Positions 25,942 through 39,834 of a DNA stretch of 64,000 nt are shown here, in pieces. Made by a program: the position numbers and the translations under genes. A model generated the notes under the pieces. It had not been told where the DNA came from, did not search any database, and was given only the letters and a program-made list of their open reading frames with translations. How positions within the stretch are numbered: the first letter of the stretch is position 1; the number at the start of each line of letters is the position of its first letter. This stretch comes from Paraglomus brasilianum (Eukaryota): the NCBI GenBank assembly GCA_910592345.1, contig CAJVPI010000041.1, forward strand, positions 1 through 64,000. Reading direction: 5' to 3'.

Positions 25942-28656
25942 AGCCTACAACAATCTTTCCATGGAGCTAGCTAATTTGGAGATGCAAAGACTTGTTGAAG
26001 TGGTCAACAAAAACCACGCCAACGGCAGTAACGCAAGAGATGCATGGAGGACGTTATGCTAGTCGTAGTGCGATTAATGTCTTGTTGCAGACCGACTCTG
26101 AGATATGCAGCATGTGGTATCAGCCATACTAGCCGTAAAGAGATCAAAAAATTTTACTAATAGCTTTCAAAGCCAAAATGCTTATATGCTATATGTGATT
26201 TCTTCTTCAAAGCTGTCGTTCAACTTCTTCTTTATTTAATCTAATATAATCTTTACTAATATATTAAACATAGCGGTCAAAATTTCTAATGGACTTAGAG
26301 AATACTATTTGGATGCCGCGTCTCGTATCTTTGAAATAAAAAAGTAATGAGTAACAATATAATTCGTACGCCACAAGTCATCAAATTGTCTTTGGTAACA
26401 AAGTTGAAGTGATGGTTTCGTTATTAGCTGGACTTTATAGTCTTTATTAATATTCCTATATGATAGAGTCGGCAGTTATCATTTATGCCATTGCAATAGA
26501 CCGAGGAAATAGCCAATAAGTACTCTAAAAATAATTTCACTCAGGACATTAACCATTATTCTAAATATCTGCGCAAATTGTAATGCGGTATGTAAACGTC
26601 ATTGATTAATGAATGATGTGACGGAACAAGTCGCGAAAAATGCCTAAAGTCAACTGTAGTTGTGAGTTTGATCCGGACAATCAAAACAAGTTGACTTGTA
26701 TGTACGGCCACTGTGCCGCCAGACATGAAAAGTCTCAAGGTATAAAGCTCATACTGTTGGTGAATTTGAGCTTTGGAACATAGAGTAGTGTGTAACAGAC
26801 ATATTCTTATGTTGGGAGAACGTTGTTGACTAGAGTTGCCTTTGGTATACTGTACATTAGAGTGAATAAAACGGACTTTGTGACTCAGCATTGCTTCTGT
26901 TCACCCAAGTCTGGCTAGGAGCACAACCAATGCATCATTCAACAAACGCGTCACTTTCCTCACCAATTGTCCAAAGCCAATGGGTACGTGACGAACGTTC
27001 AACAACTGGTTTATTCTTGAGCAGCCAATAATCAAAGATTGTGCAATCTGCTGAGACCAGAACTTGGGATTAAATTGGAGAAGAAACGTTGATTTAATAA
27101 ATTATGTCCGATTTACTTTAACATTCTAAAAATATATACATACGTTTTTCTGATAATATGGTCAATATTTCATTAGATAATAACTCAAACCGTATAGCAT
27201 TTTAGAGTTTATTTACATACTGACAAATCACAATTATATTTGTAATTTGACGTGTATTGTTATTTCTGATAAAGCTTTGCTTAACAGCTCTTCGTCTATG
27301 AATTATTACTCTATTTAGCTATCTGATACTGCTACCGATACTTGTACTCCTCATTGGTAGACTGAATTTACCTCGTTCACATAAGTATGGCTTATTAAAC
27401 CATTGCCTCTATTACCAAGTCGCGCGCGTTGATAGTTGAGTTGCCGCCGTTATAGAAAGTAAAGAGCGTTTCTCTATTCAATGAAACTTATTAGGAAATG
27501 CGTTCTGTCTCCATATTTATTCACGTGACCAAGACTAAAACACCGTATTACCAGATTAAAGTTTATTTAACTCACGTGGTTAATATAAATGTCTTCTTTT
27601 TTAACACACAATTACGTGGCTCTAAACGAATTATAATGAACGGCTCCCAGACGCGGTTGGCGAGTGGACAGAACACGAATTTGCAATATTTAAAGAGATA
27701 ATGGTAGGTTTTATTTATTACGGAAAATATACTATGCTCTGGGGGTCAGGTAGTCGAAATACTATAGTGTTCCAGTTTAATATTATTTTTTTTCTTGTCG
27801 CATTGGGCATTTTGTTTCCGTTTCACAATTTGCTATAGTAGGTTGAATTTATCCCGATTACATTTAGTGCGTTATTATTATTAACATTCCACTGTCCTAT
27901 TGGGTAATAACAACGACGGATCAAACGGCCCGACCAAAATCTCAAAATCGTGATTATTATTCTTTATCCAATTTCGGAAAACTGTAGTAGGATCGATTTC
28001 TCACAAAAAAGATCAGTTTTAATTAACAAACGATTTCTTATTTATATTAGACAAATGCAAGCATTCTGCATAGTGTTTGTTTTGATTATGGCATTATTTG
28101 TATTAATATGACGAAATTGATATTAAGGTGCTTCTTGTTATTGGTATTGTCACTATGACTATAGTTATTACTATGGCTTAGTCCGTTCATGTTGGGCTGA
28201 CAATTAGAGAAGAATTTCCTAATCGAACACTTGTGGCTGTCTTATATTCGAGTGATGATATAATTCGGGTTTGGGCTAATTTGGTAAGCACGTTCAATAC
28301 TCGCATTTCCTACAGGGGAGTGCATAACACTGTAATAATAATAATAACTACTTTCGAATAAAACAAGATGTCATGCATTGCGTCACAGTTAACGAGTGAA
28401 GCATTTAACTTATTGAATAGAGAATGTTCATATATTAATATATGCTATTATCAGGAATCTCCCAATTTATTGCAATTATACATTGATCTATTGCCATATC
28501 AGATATTTACCGGATCCTCTCCTCTTGTTACTTATTATTATCTTGCAATCTCCTCAAAATGCCCCAATTGAAGATCACATGTGACCAGAATTATACCAAA
28601 CTTGTTAAAATGACTACATATACCCCCAACGAACCTTCAGCCCCGCACACTTCACA

Positions 28657-30596
28657 ATGGCGACCTACAAACAGAAAACCCACATAATACCCGCACGACC
28701 TCCTCCCTCGAGCGACTCTGAAGAGTCCAGTTCAGAAGAATGGGTAGTGTTTAATGACAATAAATCGAGAAACTCGGCTTACAGAGCTTCAACTCCAGCT
28801 ACTCGCGCTACCACAATCCCATTATACAACCCAACAAGCAGTGACGACGAATGGCACGTGTTGAGTGATAGTGCGAGCCCGATCGACGAGAGCAATCCTA
28901 CATTCGACACATTCTCTGATAGCAACGGTGGACTTAGTGGCTTCGAGTCGGAGATTGACGCTGCTGTACACGACGAGTCAGAGTTCTACACAGAGTCTTC
29001 AGGTGCAGAAGATACGGTTTGGAGTTTTCACGGGCAACTGCCTTTACATGATGGAGCCGGGAATTTTTGCGATACTATTGAAGAGGGGAGAGAGTATGGC
29101 GATGGAATGGACAGTAATGTAGAGTTTGATAATGGAAGAAACTCTTCAATAGTCAGGGAAACGGAATCAGACATATCAAATCTGGAGCACGGGACGCTTT
29201 ATTCATCTGCAACTTCCACACCGCATACCGCATCTGCCAACGCGGATAATCGCGACGGCAACAATTCTACCAACATTATTCAGCCAAGGAAGCGAGATTC
29301 ATGGAAACACTTGTTTAAGAATGTATTCAAGTTGGAAGATGCGGTCAAATCGAATGACAATTCACAAGGAGAAAATGATCGCGATGATTTAGAGAAGGTG
29401 AAGTTTGGTGGAGGATGGGTGATGAGATTCAACCGAGACTGGATAGAGTATTTAGTATATACTGGGCAATATGTAAATTCGAACAACACAATTAATACTA
29501 ACTTTATCTTTACTAACTATATGAAAATAGACAAATTCGGCTTACACACAAACCTCCCTACCTGATTCTATCAACTCCTCATCCGCATTATCTCATCCAG
29601 CGACACGTCATCACGAGACATCATCCAGCATACGGGATACAACACCAGAAAGTGTAAATAGTCGGATATTCTCTTCTGAGCGACCTAATGATCAGTCGAA
29701 TTCATCTGGCAGTCGTGGGACTCCGGAAAGACGAAACCCAATATTTAACAGATTTAGTGATTTGAGAACGTTATCGAGGGATTCCAATATACAAAACGAG
29801 AATGCTGTCGATGCTGGGGTTGGAAGTGAGAACAAGTAAGTTTAGGAAATGAGGTTTTTATGCGAATATATTTTGTATAGATGTGATTATGAAAGATGAA
29901 GGTCTTGGATGAGTTATCTCTCAATGTGATCTGTCAACTTAAAGTCTCCAGTTAATTCGATACGCTTTTATACTTACAATTCTTATCTTTTGCCTACTGC
30001 TTCACAACAGCTTTCAAAAAAACCAAGACGACGCATCATCTATCCTCTCAACCGTATGGTCCACAGTTCGCCGCCTCACCTCTAGCATAATCACCCCCGA
30101 GTCAGACATTGACTTTCCTAATACGGGCTCATTCGCCACGCATTCATCTTCTTCTGCTGCATCCACTTATCCTTTGTATCCTCACTATACGGCGAGTGGC
30201 CTAGCGTCGATAGTGAGCGGAACAGGAGAAAACCAATACACTTACGATGGGTGTTATTTGCCTTTTGGTAATCACTTGACTTTGTCAGAATTAGGCGGTC
30301 TTTCAAGGAACGATAGAGATGAAATGATAAGGAGGACTGAGGGCGTTAGATATGGAGGAGGATATGGAGGATATAGAGGAGGGGCGCGTGCTCCGGCCAA
30401 CACTGTAGTAAGGAGTAAAAAACGAAGTTTAGTTGACAGAAGCGAGACTTCTACCAAAAGACTGCTCACTCCCGTTTCCAGTTCGGCTAGTTTGGCAAGT
30501 TTTGTCAGCCGTTCTGGAAGCGAATGCGGAATGGAGAGTGTAGGAATAAGGAGTACGGGAATAGAATGTGGTTCATGGGAGCAAGAGTGCATGTAA
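28657..30596 (+). CDS. Hypothetical low-complexity protein, multi-exon
   Basis: A 302-aa acidic/Ser-rich first ORF plus downstream GT-AG-bounded coding blocks ending at TAA 30596. No recognised domain. Confidence 0.6.
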
Positions 30597-31588
30597 TTGT
30601 TTATAGAGAGTTTAGGTAGCGCAAAAGGATAGAAATCATTTAATGATAGAGAATTTTGGTTAATTGTTTTTTCCTAATACAGTACTTGTATTTGGAACGC
30701 AAATCAGATAAATTTCGTTTTATATATAAGATGGGATGCCGCAGCCATGGTCATTGTTATGTTTGTAATTACAGATTTTCCTAGCGATTATCGTCATGTT
30801 TAAAAGGTGAGCCACATTCCTAAATTAATCAACAATAAAGACGCGTCAATGTATTCACACAATTAATACGTGTGCGGTTTGGTAAGTTGTAATTCACACA
30901 ATTTGGTTGGCATCTACTTCCATCGTCTGCACAATACATTACCCAGTACCAACATATGTTATCTTTTTCTATCTATACGAATATTGTCCACTCGATTTGT
31001 CCATCTGTGGATTTTTATATGCCTGAAGTTTCCCATTCAATATAATCTGTGGTGACGTAATTTAATAAATCCCTCATGAATTAATGGATAACGTATAAAC
31101 GGCTTTGGGACTTCAATCGTGCATTTCTCAAGAGAGGATGGTTTAAATATACCATTCGGCTAGCCGAAATAGTATTGTTATTGTTGTAAATAATTTGATT
31201 TTCATAAGACATTCTTAACAAGCGAAGCGATGAAGTTAAACGAATTAATCTTTAATCGAACGAAAGGCTTCAGGAAACACGCGAACGCAATAATTCGTAT
31301 TACGCGTCACGACAAAATCAAATTCTACGAAAATTTATACACGAAATTATGTAAGATATTGTGTTGTTAATAGGTAACAAATCCTTATCTATACAAATAA
31401 ATAACCTTGGGCAACGAAAGTGAACGACCGCTGCACGCCTGCATCCGAACCGAAGGGAGATTCCATATAATGCGCCTAATAACTTGATAAATAGCCTATG
31501 CTGATGGTCTCAATAGCTTTGATGCCCCGATCAAATTTAGTCGTACAAAGTGGGGGCATCAGCTCTCAACAGCTTTCTAAACAGAGTA

Positions 31589-32060
31589 CAGTGAACCCTC
31601 TCTAATATCCACCCCGTTAATATCCACCTCTCTCTATTAGCAACAGTGGTTACAGAACGGATTTCCCCATATATAAATTCCCCCGCATATATCAATTTGG
31701 ATATCATACCCCGTTGATATCCCTATCAACACATATCAGATTTTATTCCTAATTAAATGTACCTCGCTGATATCAACATCAATATAAATTAGTATTTTAA
31801 AATTTAAAGTACTAAAGTATAAACATACTCCACACGTCTAATTCTGATAGTTGTAATGAAGGCAGCGACATTGAAATCGAAAAAATTTCTCATTCTACGG
31901 CATTGGAACAATGCGGATTACTTCTGCAGTATGTAGAACAACAAGACCCCGCCAAATTTGTAGAAGAGCAAGACATGCCAAGATTGCAAAGTCTGTTGCG
32001 ACGCATTCAGTCGAATATATACGAGGCGAGTCAACAAAAAAAGTTAACAGATTTTTTCGT
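31589..32060 (+). mobile_element. pogo/Tigger-like remnant (left TIR plus transposase C-terminal tail, right TIR not found)
   Basis: TA|CAGTGAACCCTCTCTAATATCCAC with ATATCC/ATATCA subrepeats. The reading KISHSTALEQCGLLLQYVEQQD...KKLTDFF is a typical pogo tail. Confidence 0.65.
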
Positions 32061-32400
32061 CCCCAATTCATAAGAGTGAACAAATTGGTTTAGTTTAATG
32101 GAGAAAGAAATAAAGAGATTTTTATTATAAATAAAGTTTAAGATTTAATTGGAGACATAAGTATCGTATATAATATCATTAATATGACGTCATTATTTAA
32201 AACCCTACTTTACATAAAATCCGCAAAATTGTGGTAACGAAAAACGAACCAATTTTATATTATTTAGATGGCGAATTCGCACCTACACGTGGGTTTGTAC
32301 TTGAGGAACTCATGCACGTGAATATTGATATGCTTCCCAGAGTATATTGGAAGAAAATACTCGTTCCAGGTCTGTTAATTTCGTTCGTATTATTAATAAA

Positions 32401-32871
32401 ATGGCTAAAGCCATTGCGTATGCTGAGAAGCGTGGTGGGAAATGTCTTGGTAAAACTAATCAAATAAATGGTTTCGATGTATATCTCTGGTCTTGCGAAA
32501 AAGGACTCCATCAATGGGAAGCACCTTATAAGATCCAGAAGCGGAAATTCGAGTGGTGTCCAATTTGTTTCCACCATACCGATGAGAGACGCTGTAGATA
32601 TATTTTCGAAGATTTGATGGGCAAAAAATTCCCGCCATGTGCACCAAAGTTCTTAGGTGGGTTACGTTTAGATGGTTATAACGAAGAGCTACAATTAGCG
32701 TTCGAATTTAACGGCTCACACCATTATTACCGCAGTGATTTGTATCACCGGAAAAACGGTGAGATCGACCTAGAGTCTCAAAAAAATCGTGATCAAAAAA
32801 AGCGAAAATTGTGCAAACAAAAAGGCATAAATCTTATTGAAATTCCGTATACCTGCGATCTTCTACCCTAA
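32401..32871 (+). CDS. Zn-ribbon plus PD-(D/E)XK/Vsr-like endonuclease of NCLDV type
   Basis: [21 protein letters not shown], then [43 protein letters not shown]. The stop may be premature, since the frame continues IHNALLEKGYL. Confidence 0.75.
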   Translation: MAKAIAYAEKRGGKCLGKTNQINGFDVYLWSCEKGLHQWEAPYKIQKRKFEWCPICFHHTDERRCRYIFEDLMGKKFPPCAPKFLGGLRLDGYNEELQLAFEFNGSHHYYRSDLYHRKNGEIDLESQKNRDQKKRKLCKQKGINLIEIPYTCDLLP

Positions 32872-33048
32872 ATCCACAATGCATTATTAGAAAAGGGTTA
32901 TTTACCAAATATAAATACCGAATAACTTTCTGTCAAAGATAATAACGTTTATTATTTGGCCGTACATCAGTGGTACCACAAAAAAATGTTACGTAATAAG
33001 CTTCATCCATCTCATGCAGGCCATACGGCAAAACTTGATCGATGCGAA

Positions 33049-33783
33049 ATGTTTGTTTATCACATTGACGAGTGCAAAAATGCAGAAAGATTTAACTCAT
33101 TAAATTCGACGCCCCAATAGCCATTTAATGTTTTGGTCAGCGGACGAACTAAATCAGGAAAAACAAATATGATTGTCAATCTTTTACTTGGGGATAAGAT
33201 GTATCGAATGTTTAACGGGAAAAAAGGTGGAACACGCTATATAAAAAATGACGATCTACTGTTAATTGGACATCATCTTAAGGAACCCAAATATCGCCAT
33301 TTAAGGGATTGTTACCAAATCATTGCAAATAGTCCAAAGCCATATCGCGAAAATGTTACGTTCCGATCGATGAAGCCCGACAAAATACCAAAGATTGACG
33401 AATTTACTCCTGAAAGAGGGACGTTGGTTATATTCGAAGATTTATGTAGTGAGCCTAAAAAGGTGCAAGAAAAAATTATCCCTTACTTTACTGAAGGACG
33501 TCACTCAAACATCAGTTCAATCTACGTAACGCAAAGCTTTTTCGATTGTCCGAAATTAATAAGAAAAAATTTAGATTATATTGTGCTCTTTAACGGAGCT
33601 GGTACGTATGATGAATTGGTTGATATAGTTAGGCGGTATACAAAAAAATGGCGTAACGCTGTTGATATAATCGATAAGAATTTGCAAGGTCGGCAGTTCA
33701 TTGTAATTGACTTGACTAGAGCGAAAGAGGATCCTCTCTATATTCGTTTGGGTTGGGACACGCCTTTGAGATTAGATAAATAA
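33049..33783 (+). pseudogene. A32-like (FtsK/HerA) viral DNA packaging ATPase with one in-frame stop
   Basis: ATG 33049 is in frame, with TAG at 33118-33120 (PQ*PF). Walker A GRTKSGKT, Walker B LVIFED, and signature [35 protein letters not shown]. Confidence 0.88.
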
Positions 33784-33862
33784 ATTTAAAATTACAGATG
33801 CGAGTATTCTTCCCGCTCTTGACATAGTCGAGCTCCGTGTGTAAAATTTTGTAAATGTGACG

Positions 33863-34520
33863 TTACTCAGCCATACGGCCAAGCAAGAGCATTTGAGATC
33901 GTTGGTGACGTATGTCTTCACGAATAGTCCATAAAAGTTTGTAATGTTCAGCTAATTGCTTGACCATTAAACCATTGGGACGATACATGAATTCTATCCA
34001 TTTATGTTGGATAAGGGCGCATGCTCGCATCTTTTTCCCGACTTCCCTTGCCCGTTTAAGTTTGCTAATAGCATTTGACATCCATAATTCGTAATAACGC
34101 AATCCATAAGTATCGTCGAATGTACGATCAAATTTGGGTTTTTGTGTAATTTTCAAAAAATCTTAGTTCGCAATATTTATTACCAATACATGAAGTTTTC
34201 CAATGTTTCTCCATATATGCTTTGACATACGTGTATTTTCCAGTATATACTAGCTTGTCACAAGAGAAACAGATGACTATACCTATTGTTGGAGAGTATG
34301 AATTACTGTCTGGAAATCGTATCAACGTTCTGGCTTCAAGAAACTTTTTGTTATTAATATTCATAAAATTATTATTTCTGAAATATGTTAAGCTTTCCCA
34401 GATCCGTTCTTTCCACTCACCGGGAGTTTCTCCAATATGTACTTGTGGCATCCTGCAATATTCGGTCCATTCATCATCAGTGCATTTAGAATCGCGCAAA
34501 TCCTGAATAGTAACAATTTT
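33863..34520 (-). pseudogene. Frameshifted hypothetical gene of the element (Cys-containing)
   Basis: Two overlapping minus-strand ORFs (34128-34499 and 33863-34156) with ICFSC...HWKTSC. Intronless. Confidence 0.5.
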
Positions 34521-35260
34521 ATTATTTATATGACCAGTTATGTGCTACAAAGATATGCAATTTAATGGAATAAAGCGTAGTAGTGTTTCAGATGTACTAA
34601 TCATACACATTATAAATATTGGATTCAATTTTAATCGAATTGGCTCATCCAGGGTTTCATATTTTTTGGGGGTGTCTTAGCGAAACCAAATTTAACATTC
34701 AGCATGTATTGTGACCTCAATAATAAAAAGTTTTCTTATTAGTACGCGTTTTCTTTTTAAGACGTCAGCTGGGGGTTATTTCTCCACCATTCATCGCTTT
34801 CAGCTGGGCCATTAAAAATATATCTTGTTCAGATCTAGAAGAGCCTCACATAACTCGACAAACTTCTCGGAATTATTTTTGAGCAACCACAATTGCAACC
34901 TATTTCCAAGAAACGCATTGCTTTTTCGTATTCGGTTGAACCGTTATAATTATAATCTTTCATATACGGGTACTCCTATATATAATTTTTATTATTAACA
35001 ACTTATTACACTGTTCCTACTTTCTTGGAATCGAACTAATATAATAACGATAAGGCGCAAATAATATGGCACTTCATTTGCCACAATGTTCGAGTAGATT
35101 TATCGTTATATTTCCTAAAATACTAAAGTCAAGAAATTCAATCACTGATTAAGACTCTTGAAGATGTTAAAAATTTAATTTTCTGTTCATGAGCATAACT
35201 AGTCATTTGCTAAACCCAATACCTGCTGAAGAAAGTCAAAAGCGAACACTCCACTTGCCA

Positions 35261-37794
35261 TCACGTTAGTGATGAAATACTAGACTCGTAAACAAGGGGA
35301 TCTTGGGCCACAATTTGTTCCTCAGACCAATAATCGCCTGTCTCCTCATTTTCGAACCTCCACGCTTCATCAAATGGTGAAATAAAGGCGCCCAAAAGGT
35401 CTGCTAACTCTTCTTTGACAGTGGGATCAAGAAATTTGAAGAAATTCAATCCAAAGTGTGCAAAAGGGTGTTGTTGTTCTTCTTCAAGTTTTTGGCGTTT
35501 GGACTTGCGGATTGGTGGAACCTCTCTGAGTTGTCCCTGGAATCCGAGTTGCCAATATAAAGTGATGTATTGCTCTCCATGATCTTTGAGATCTGATTTT
35601 CGAAAAACGAACCGTGAAGTTAATTTGGATGAACCAGACTCTGGATAGCTCTTGTCTGCATTCCGGTCACTTGATGCATAGTTCTTCACTTGAATGAGGA
35701 TATAGGAGTATCGGTCTTCAGATAGTTTTACAGGGATCATAATGTCTGCACCGGGGTTGTTGCGCTTAAGAATTACAGCACATCGTCGTTGATAATATTC
35801 TTTCAAAGAACATGTTTTAGGGGCATATGTTATGGGAATGAAGTGTGTAAAAGCCACAGTTGCATCTACAAAATGTTGTAGGTCATCAACTGCAGCAGGA
35901 TCCAATAATTCCATTAGCCGTTTGACTGTGATGACGGTTGATTTCCATTCTTTCTTTTCCTGTATAGACCTCATTGCAAGAATTAGGATAATTCGTGCCA
36001 CCACTTCTCCACGAGGGCCTGCATCCACGAACCCTTTTTTCAGCATCTCATTAAACTTCTGCAGAACACAAACCAACGTATCATTATTAGTAATAGCAGA
36101 TAATGCTGCTTCTGCTAATAAAGGTTCCGAGGGATAACGAACTAACAAGCGCTCCCTGTCACGTGATACTGCAACACACGTTGCCATATGCAATGCCACA
36201 AGATCAGAAGCAATTTTTGACTGCGGTGAAATATCCAAACAAACAAGTACTGACAAAATGGCAATACTGGACATCTTTTTTTTGCTGTCTTTGAAAGCAT
36301 TTACTCCACCAAAGAGTTTAATCTGCAATAGTGATACCAGTCCTCTAAGGGCTACTTCAGTTGAAGAACTTGTCCGTTTGACATCAAAATAGCTGTAAAT
36401 TAACGGTCTCCCCAGCCTTGCCAATTGGACAATTTGACCTTCTTCAGACGTTCCTGCTGGATCTTCTGTTTTGCCTTCAAATATATCCATCGTCGTAAGT
36501 CTAATAAAAGGATGAAATAATTCAAATCCTAGGTCGTCCTTTCTTGCAGATGGGTCTGCTGATGAGGGTGGTGTAAAGTTAGAAATTTTGCTAAAAGTGT
36601 CCAAAAAGAGGACGAAGAATCCATTCCACCCGATATGTCTCATAGCTCTTCTAAGCAATCGAAATTGAGTACAACCATCATCTTGCACAGAATCAATGAG
36701 GGATCGTGCTTCATCAATACATAAGAGAATTTTGATTTGATTGTCAGAATTATCTGTGAACAGGAATTTATCCACATCGAGGTTCGCATCCTTCCGGTCA
36801 ACTTTCTTCCAGTCTTTACTGGCTTCCGATACCTCTTTCCAGAATTTATTGCACCATTCGTAATCCAGTTGCCATTTCCAGAGGTTCTCAGCTGATTCGT
36901 TGAGGGAATATCCATGCAGTTTTTTGATAGCGTGCCAAAGAATGAACATAAACCGCCATTCCTCTCCACCTGAGATCTGTCCTAGACTATCAAAGATCTC
37001 TGGTGCATAAGGCGTAGCAGGCGGATATCCTGTACTTCGCCTGGGGCGTAAACACACATATAAAGTGGGAATTTTCATTGCAATCTGCTCAATAAGGCGA
37101 GTTTTTCCATAGCCAGAACTCTGAAAGAGCGTTCCATAAGGTAAGTGATTTTTCTTATTAGCAAACCAATACGCGTGTTTCTTATTGATGTAGTCCCGAA
37201 ATCGTTCGACTATTTTCAATGGATCCTGGTATGGTATTTTGAAAGCTTCCACAAAAGCCTGTTTTTGCTGGTGCAGCACAGCCGCAGTGGTTTTGTCGTT
37301 TTGAGTATCCTTTGCTAAAGAATGCATAGGAGGAGGAAAAACACCAATTAGTCAATGTTGCAATGGTAGTTTGATCTCAATGCTTGTAATGCATTTGAAC
37401 TACTCTCCCTCTGTTGACCCCATGGCTACTCCACAAACCCCCGTTGCTCCTCTATTAACCCATAATGTCTCTTGTCCCCTCGAGTTCTCTTTGAATGAGT
37501 TTATTATTATGTATAACCTAGCTCTGCTACGATTCTGCTCTGTCCCAACTAATAACGCCCAACTGCCTCTCTCTCTTCTTGCAATATAGCACAAAACCAG
37601 TAACAGTATTCAAACTCTTCTCCCCATTGCTCCTCTATCCTCTCAATAAACGTGCGTGGTTTTGCTTGCTTACCGTGTTTTTTAAGATATTCCTCATATT
37701 CTTCTTCTGCTTTTGCTAAGGTGGCGTTGGGATGTTTACGACTGTATTGCCATAAGAACTCCTCTTTCCTCATTACTCTTGCCGTTGGGTCCAT
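35261..37794 (-). CDS. Crinkler-type P-loop NTPase plus PD-(D/E)XK nuclease protein (688-aa exon intact, 5' exon(s) degenerate)
   Basis: Walker A QSSGYGKTRL, Walker B LLCIDEAR, FLDTFSKISNF, YPSEPLLAEAA, GPRGEVVARIIL and nuclease-like NPGADIMIPV...ILIQVKN. Probable intron at about 37316-37403, with upstream ORF 37549-37794. Confidence 0.8.
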
Positions 37795-38418
37795 GTCTAA
37801 ATGTTTTTATGACTTAGTGGATGTAATAAAAGAAGAGTCGTGATCTAGCTCTGCGCCGCCCACTCAGCCCCTGTTTATACGTCTTACTTACACAAACATG
37901 TGATACTCCTTCGTATTGAAGCGCCGAATCAACTACAGGTGCCAGGTCCAGCACACTTAGCAAAATAGATCGGGAACCCGCCATGCTTTTGTTAGAGATA
38001 AAGGATAATGGAGACAAAGGGAAAATCTCTTTTATACACATATCACGTTGCCACAATGTTGTTCCCTGATGTATTATGTAGAATCCGTGTTACGCTATTG
38101 CTGATACATACTCAGGAATGTAAATCTATTTCGGGCCCAATATGCGCAGAAGGTCAAATTGCATAATAATAACCTGACCCAAGAGTTCAGATCACGTGAA
38201 ATACAGATATTTTCAAAAAGCTCGTATATTAATATGAATGAAGAGGGGTCAGAATATCATTTTTTACAGAACGTAGTGAATCGATATACAAGTTCGAATA
38301 TTAATCTACGTATACGACAGCCACCTATTGCGAGGTTGCATGGGAGAGAATAGTCGGATCCAAGGCCTGCCTCGAGAGGCTATGACTATTCCCTATTCTT
38401 TGGCCTCACATACATAAG

Positions 38419-38640
38419 CTATCCAACATTATACTCATTTATTTCTTTGTTCCTCAATTCCATCCAACACTTGATCGCGCCTATCGTTCTTTTATCAGAT
38501 TTTCTTTCTCCATTATAAAAACTTTCTATCGCTTTAGCTCCGATAACTTGCATCCCCTTTTCCTTATTGACATCATCTGCAACCGTCTTAAACATATCAG
38601 ATCCAACAATACTCATTCGTACCATATACTTTTCAAACAC
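38419..38640 (-). CDS. Small hypothetical protein, possibly HTH
   Basis: 73-aa ORF FKTVADDVNK...IGAKAIESFYNGERKSDKRTIGAIKCW. The start is uncertain. Confidence 0.4.
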   Translation of the reverse strand: MFEKYMVRMSIVGSDMFKTVADDVNKEKGMQVIGAKAIESFYNGERKSDKRTIGAIKCWMELRNKEINEYNVG

Positions 38641-38734
38641 TCTCTTGAAATCCCGTAGCAGGGATTGAGAGACTGAGCTCGAAAACGATCTATGCGACGA
38701 TGCTGTATATATAAATGTCTTTTAGTACCGTACA

Positions 38735-39067
38735 TCAGTGGTATGTGGCTCCTTCGGCGATTGAAATAACGCGAAAGGATAGACACTCACCATGAGAAAA
38801 ACTCGACGTATTACTGAATCTGTCACCTTCACGAATTGTTTGAACTTCGTCATGAATCAAGATAATTTTTTCATTGAGTTCATTGATTTTATTAGCAAAA
38901 TCTTCGCTTAGCGAGCGGATCGCGTTATTATTTTGCTCTTGCTTACTATTTTGTGTAACATTATACCATACGAGTCCAAAAAATAAACTCGATGCTAAAT
39001 TTTCAGCGAAAATTGATCCAGCGATCAAAATAAGGAGAAAAGCTTCGGCGAAGTTGAATTGAGACAT
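38735..39067 (-). CDS. Small membrane-anchored coiled-coil protein
   Basis: MSQFNFAEAFLLILIAGSIFAENLASSLFFGLVWY is hydrophobic and is followed by a heptad-rich segment. Confidence 0.45.
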   Translation of the reverse strand: MSQFNFAEAFLLILIAGSIFAENLASSLFFGLVWYNVTQNSKQEQNNNAIRSLSEDFANKINELNEKIILIHDEVQTIREGDRFSNTSSFSHGECLSFRVISIAEGATYH

Positions 39068-39834
39068 CTGCAATTTTAATATAGTTGTATGAGTATTCGC
39101 TAAGTTATACCCAGACGTTGCGCAGCGCATAGCGATGTATCGAGTGTTTACTTTGAGAACGCACGGAAGTGATAGTTACCTTATTTTTTGCGGTGCCGCT
39201 AAATAATAATCGGGTTGCGATCTTTTAGTGTGATGCGTGAAGTAAAAAAATACAGTCTGATAGATTGTTAATCGTTGGTCAGGATGTTTGATTTATTGAG
39301 CCAACGCTTTGATAATGTTTTTTCTTACCCAAATCTCCGCCGTACGGCAGCGTTTTATACATCAAAGCTTGTTATTAACAAACCATAGCATTGGTTCTTC
39401 AGATTTCGTTCTAAATCGAAGTAATAAATTACCAGTATAACAAGTTCATACAGCTATAACAAATAATAACAGCGATTTTATATTTATGAATCTACGTTAT
39501 ATCAACTATCCGTGGCATTGGTCTTCTACGTCTCGAAGTAATAAATTATTGACGATCAATATGTTATTAATAGCCTGTGGCACCACTCTGAAATACATCT
39601 GCTCCTCAGAGATTATTTGCGTGCGTAATGATAAGATTGTCCACACTAACAATCACAAAAAACCATCGAGGTGATAATATCTCACCGAGAGAAATCTGAA
39701 ATTTTTTACCCGATTCCTGTTTAGTGATATGGAATACGGTTTTATCAGTTTCGGTCATTGTAAATGTTAAATTATTTTATTAATACGAATTTAAAAATGC
39801 AGAATTAAATATATTGTTATAATAAAACATCACA

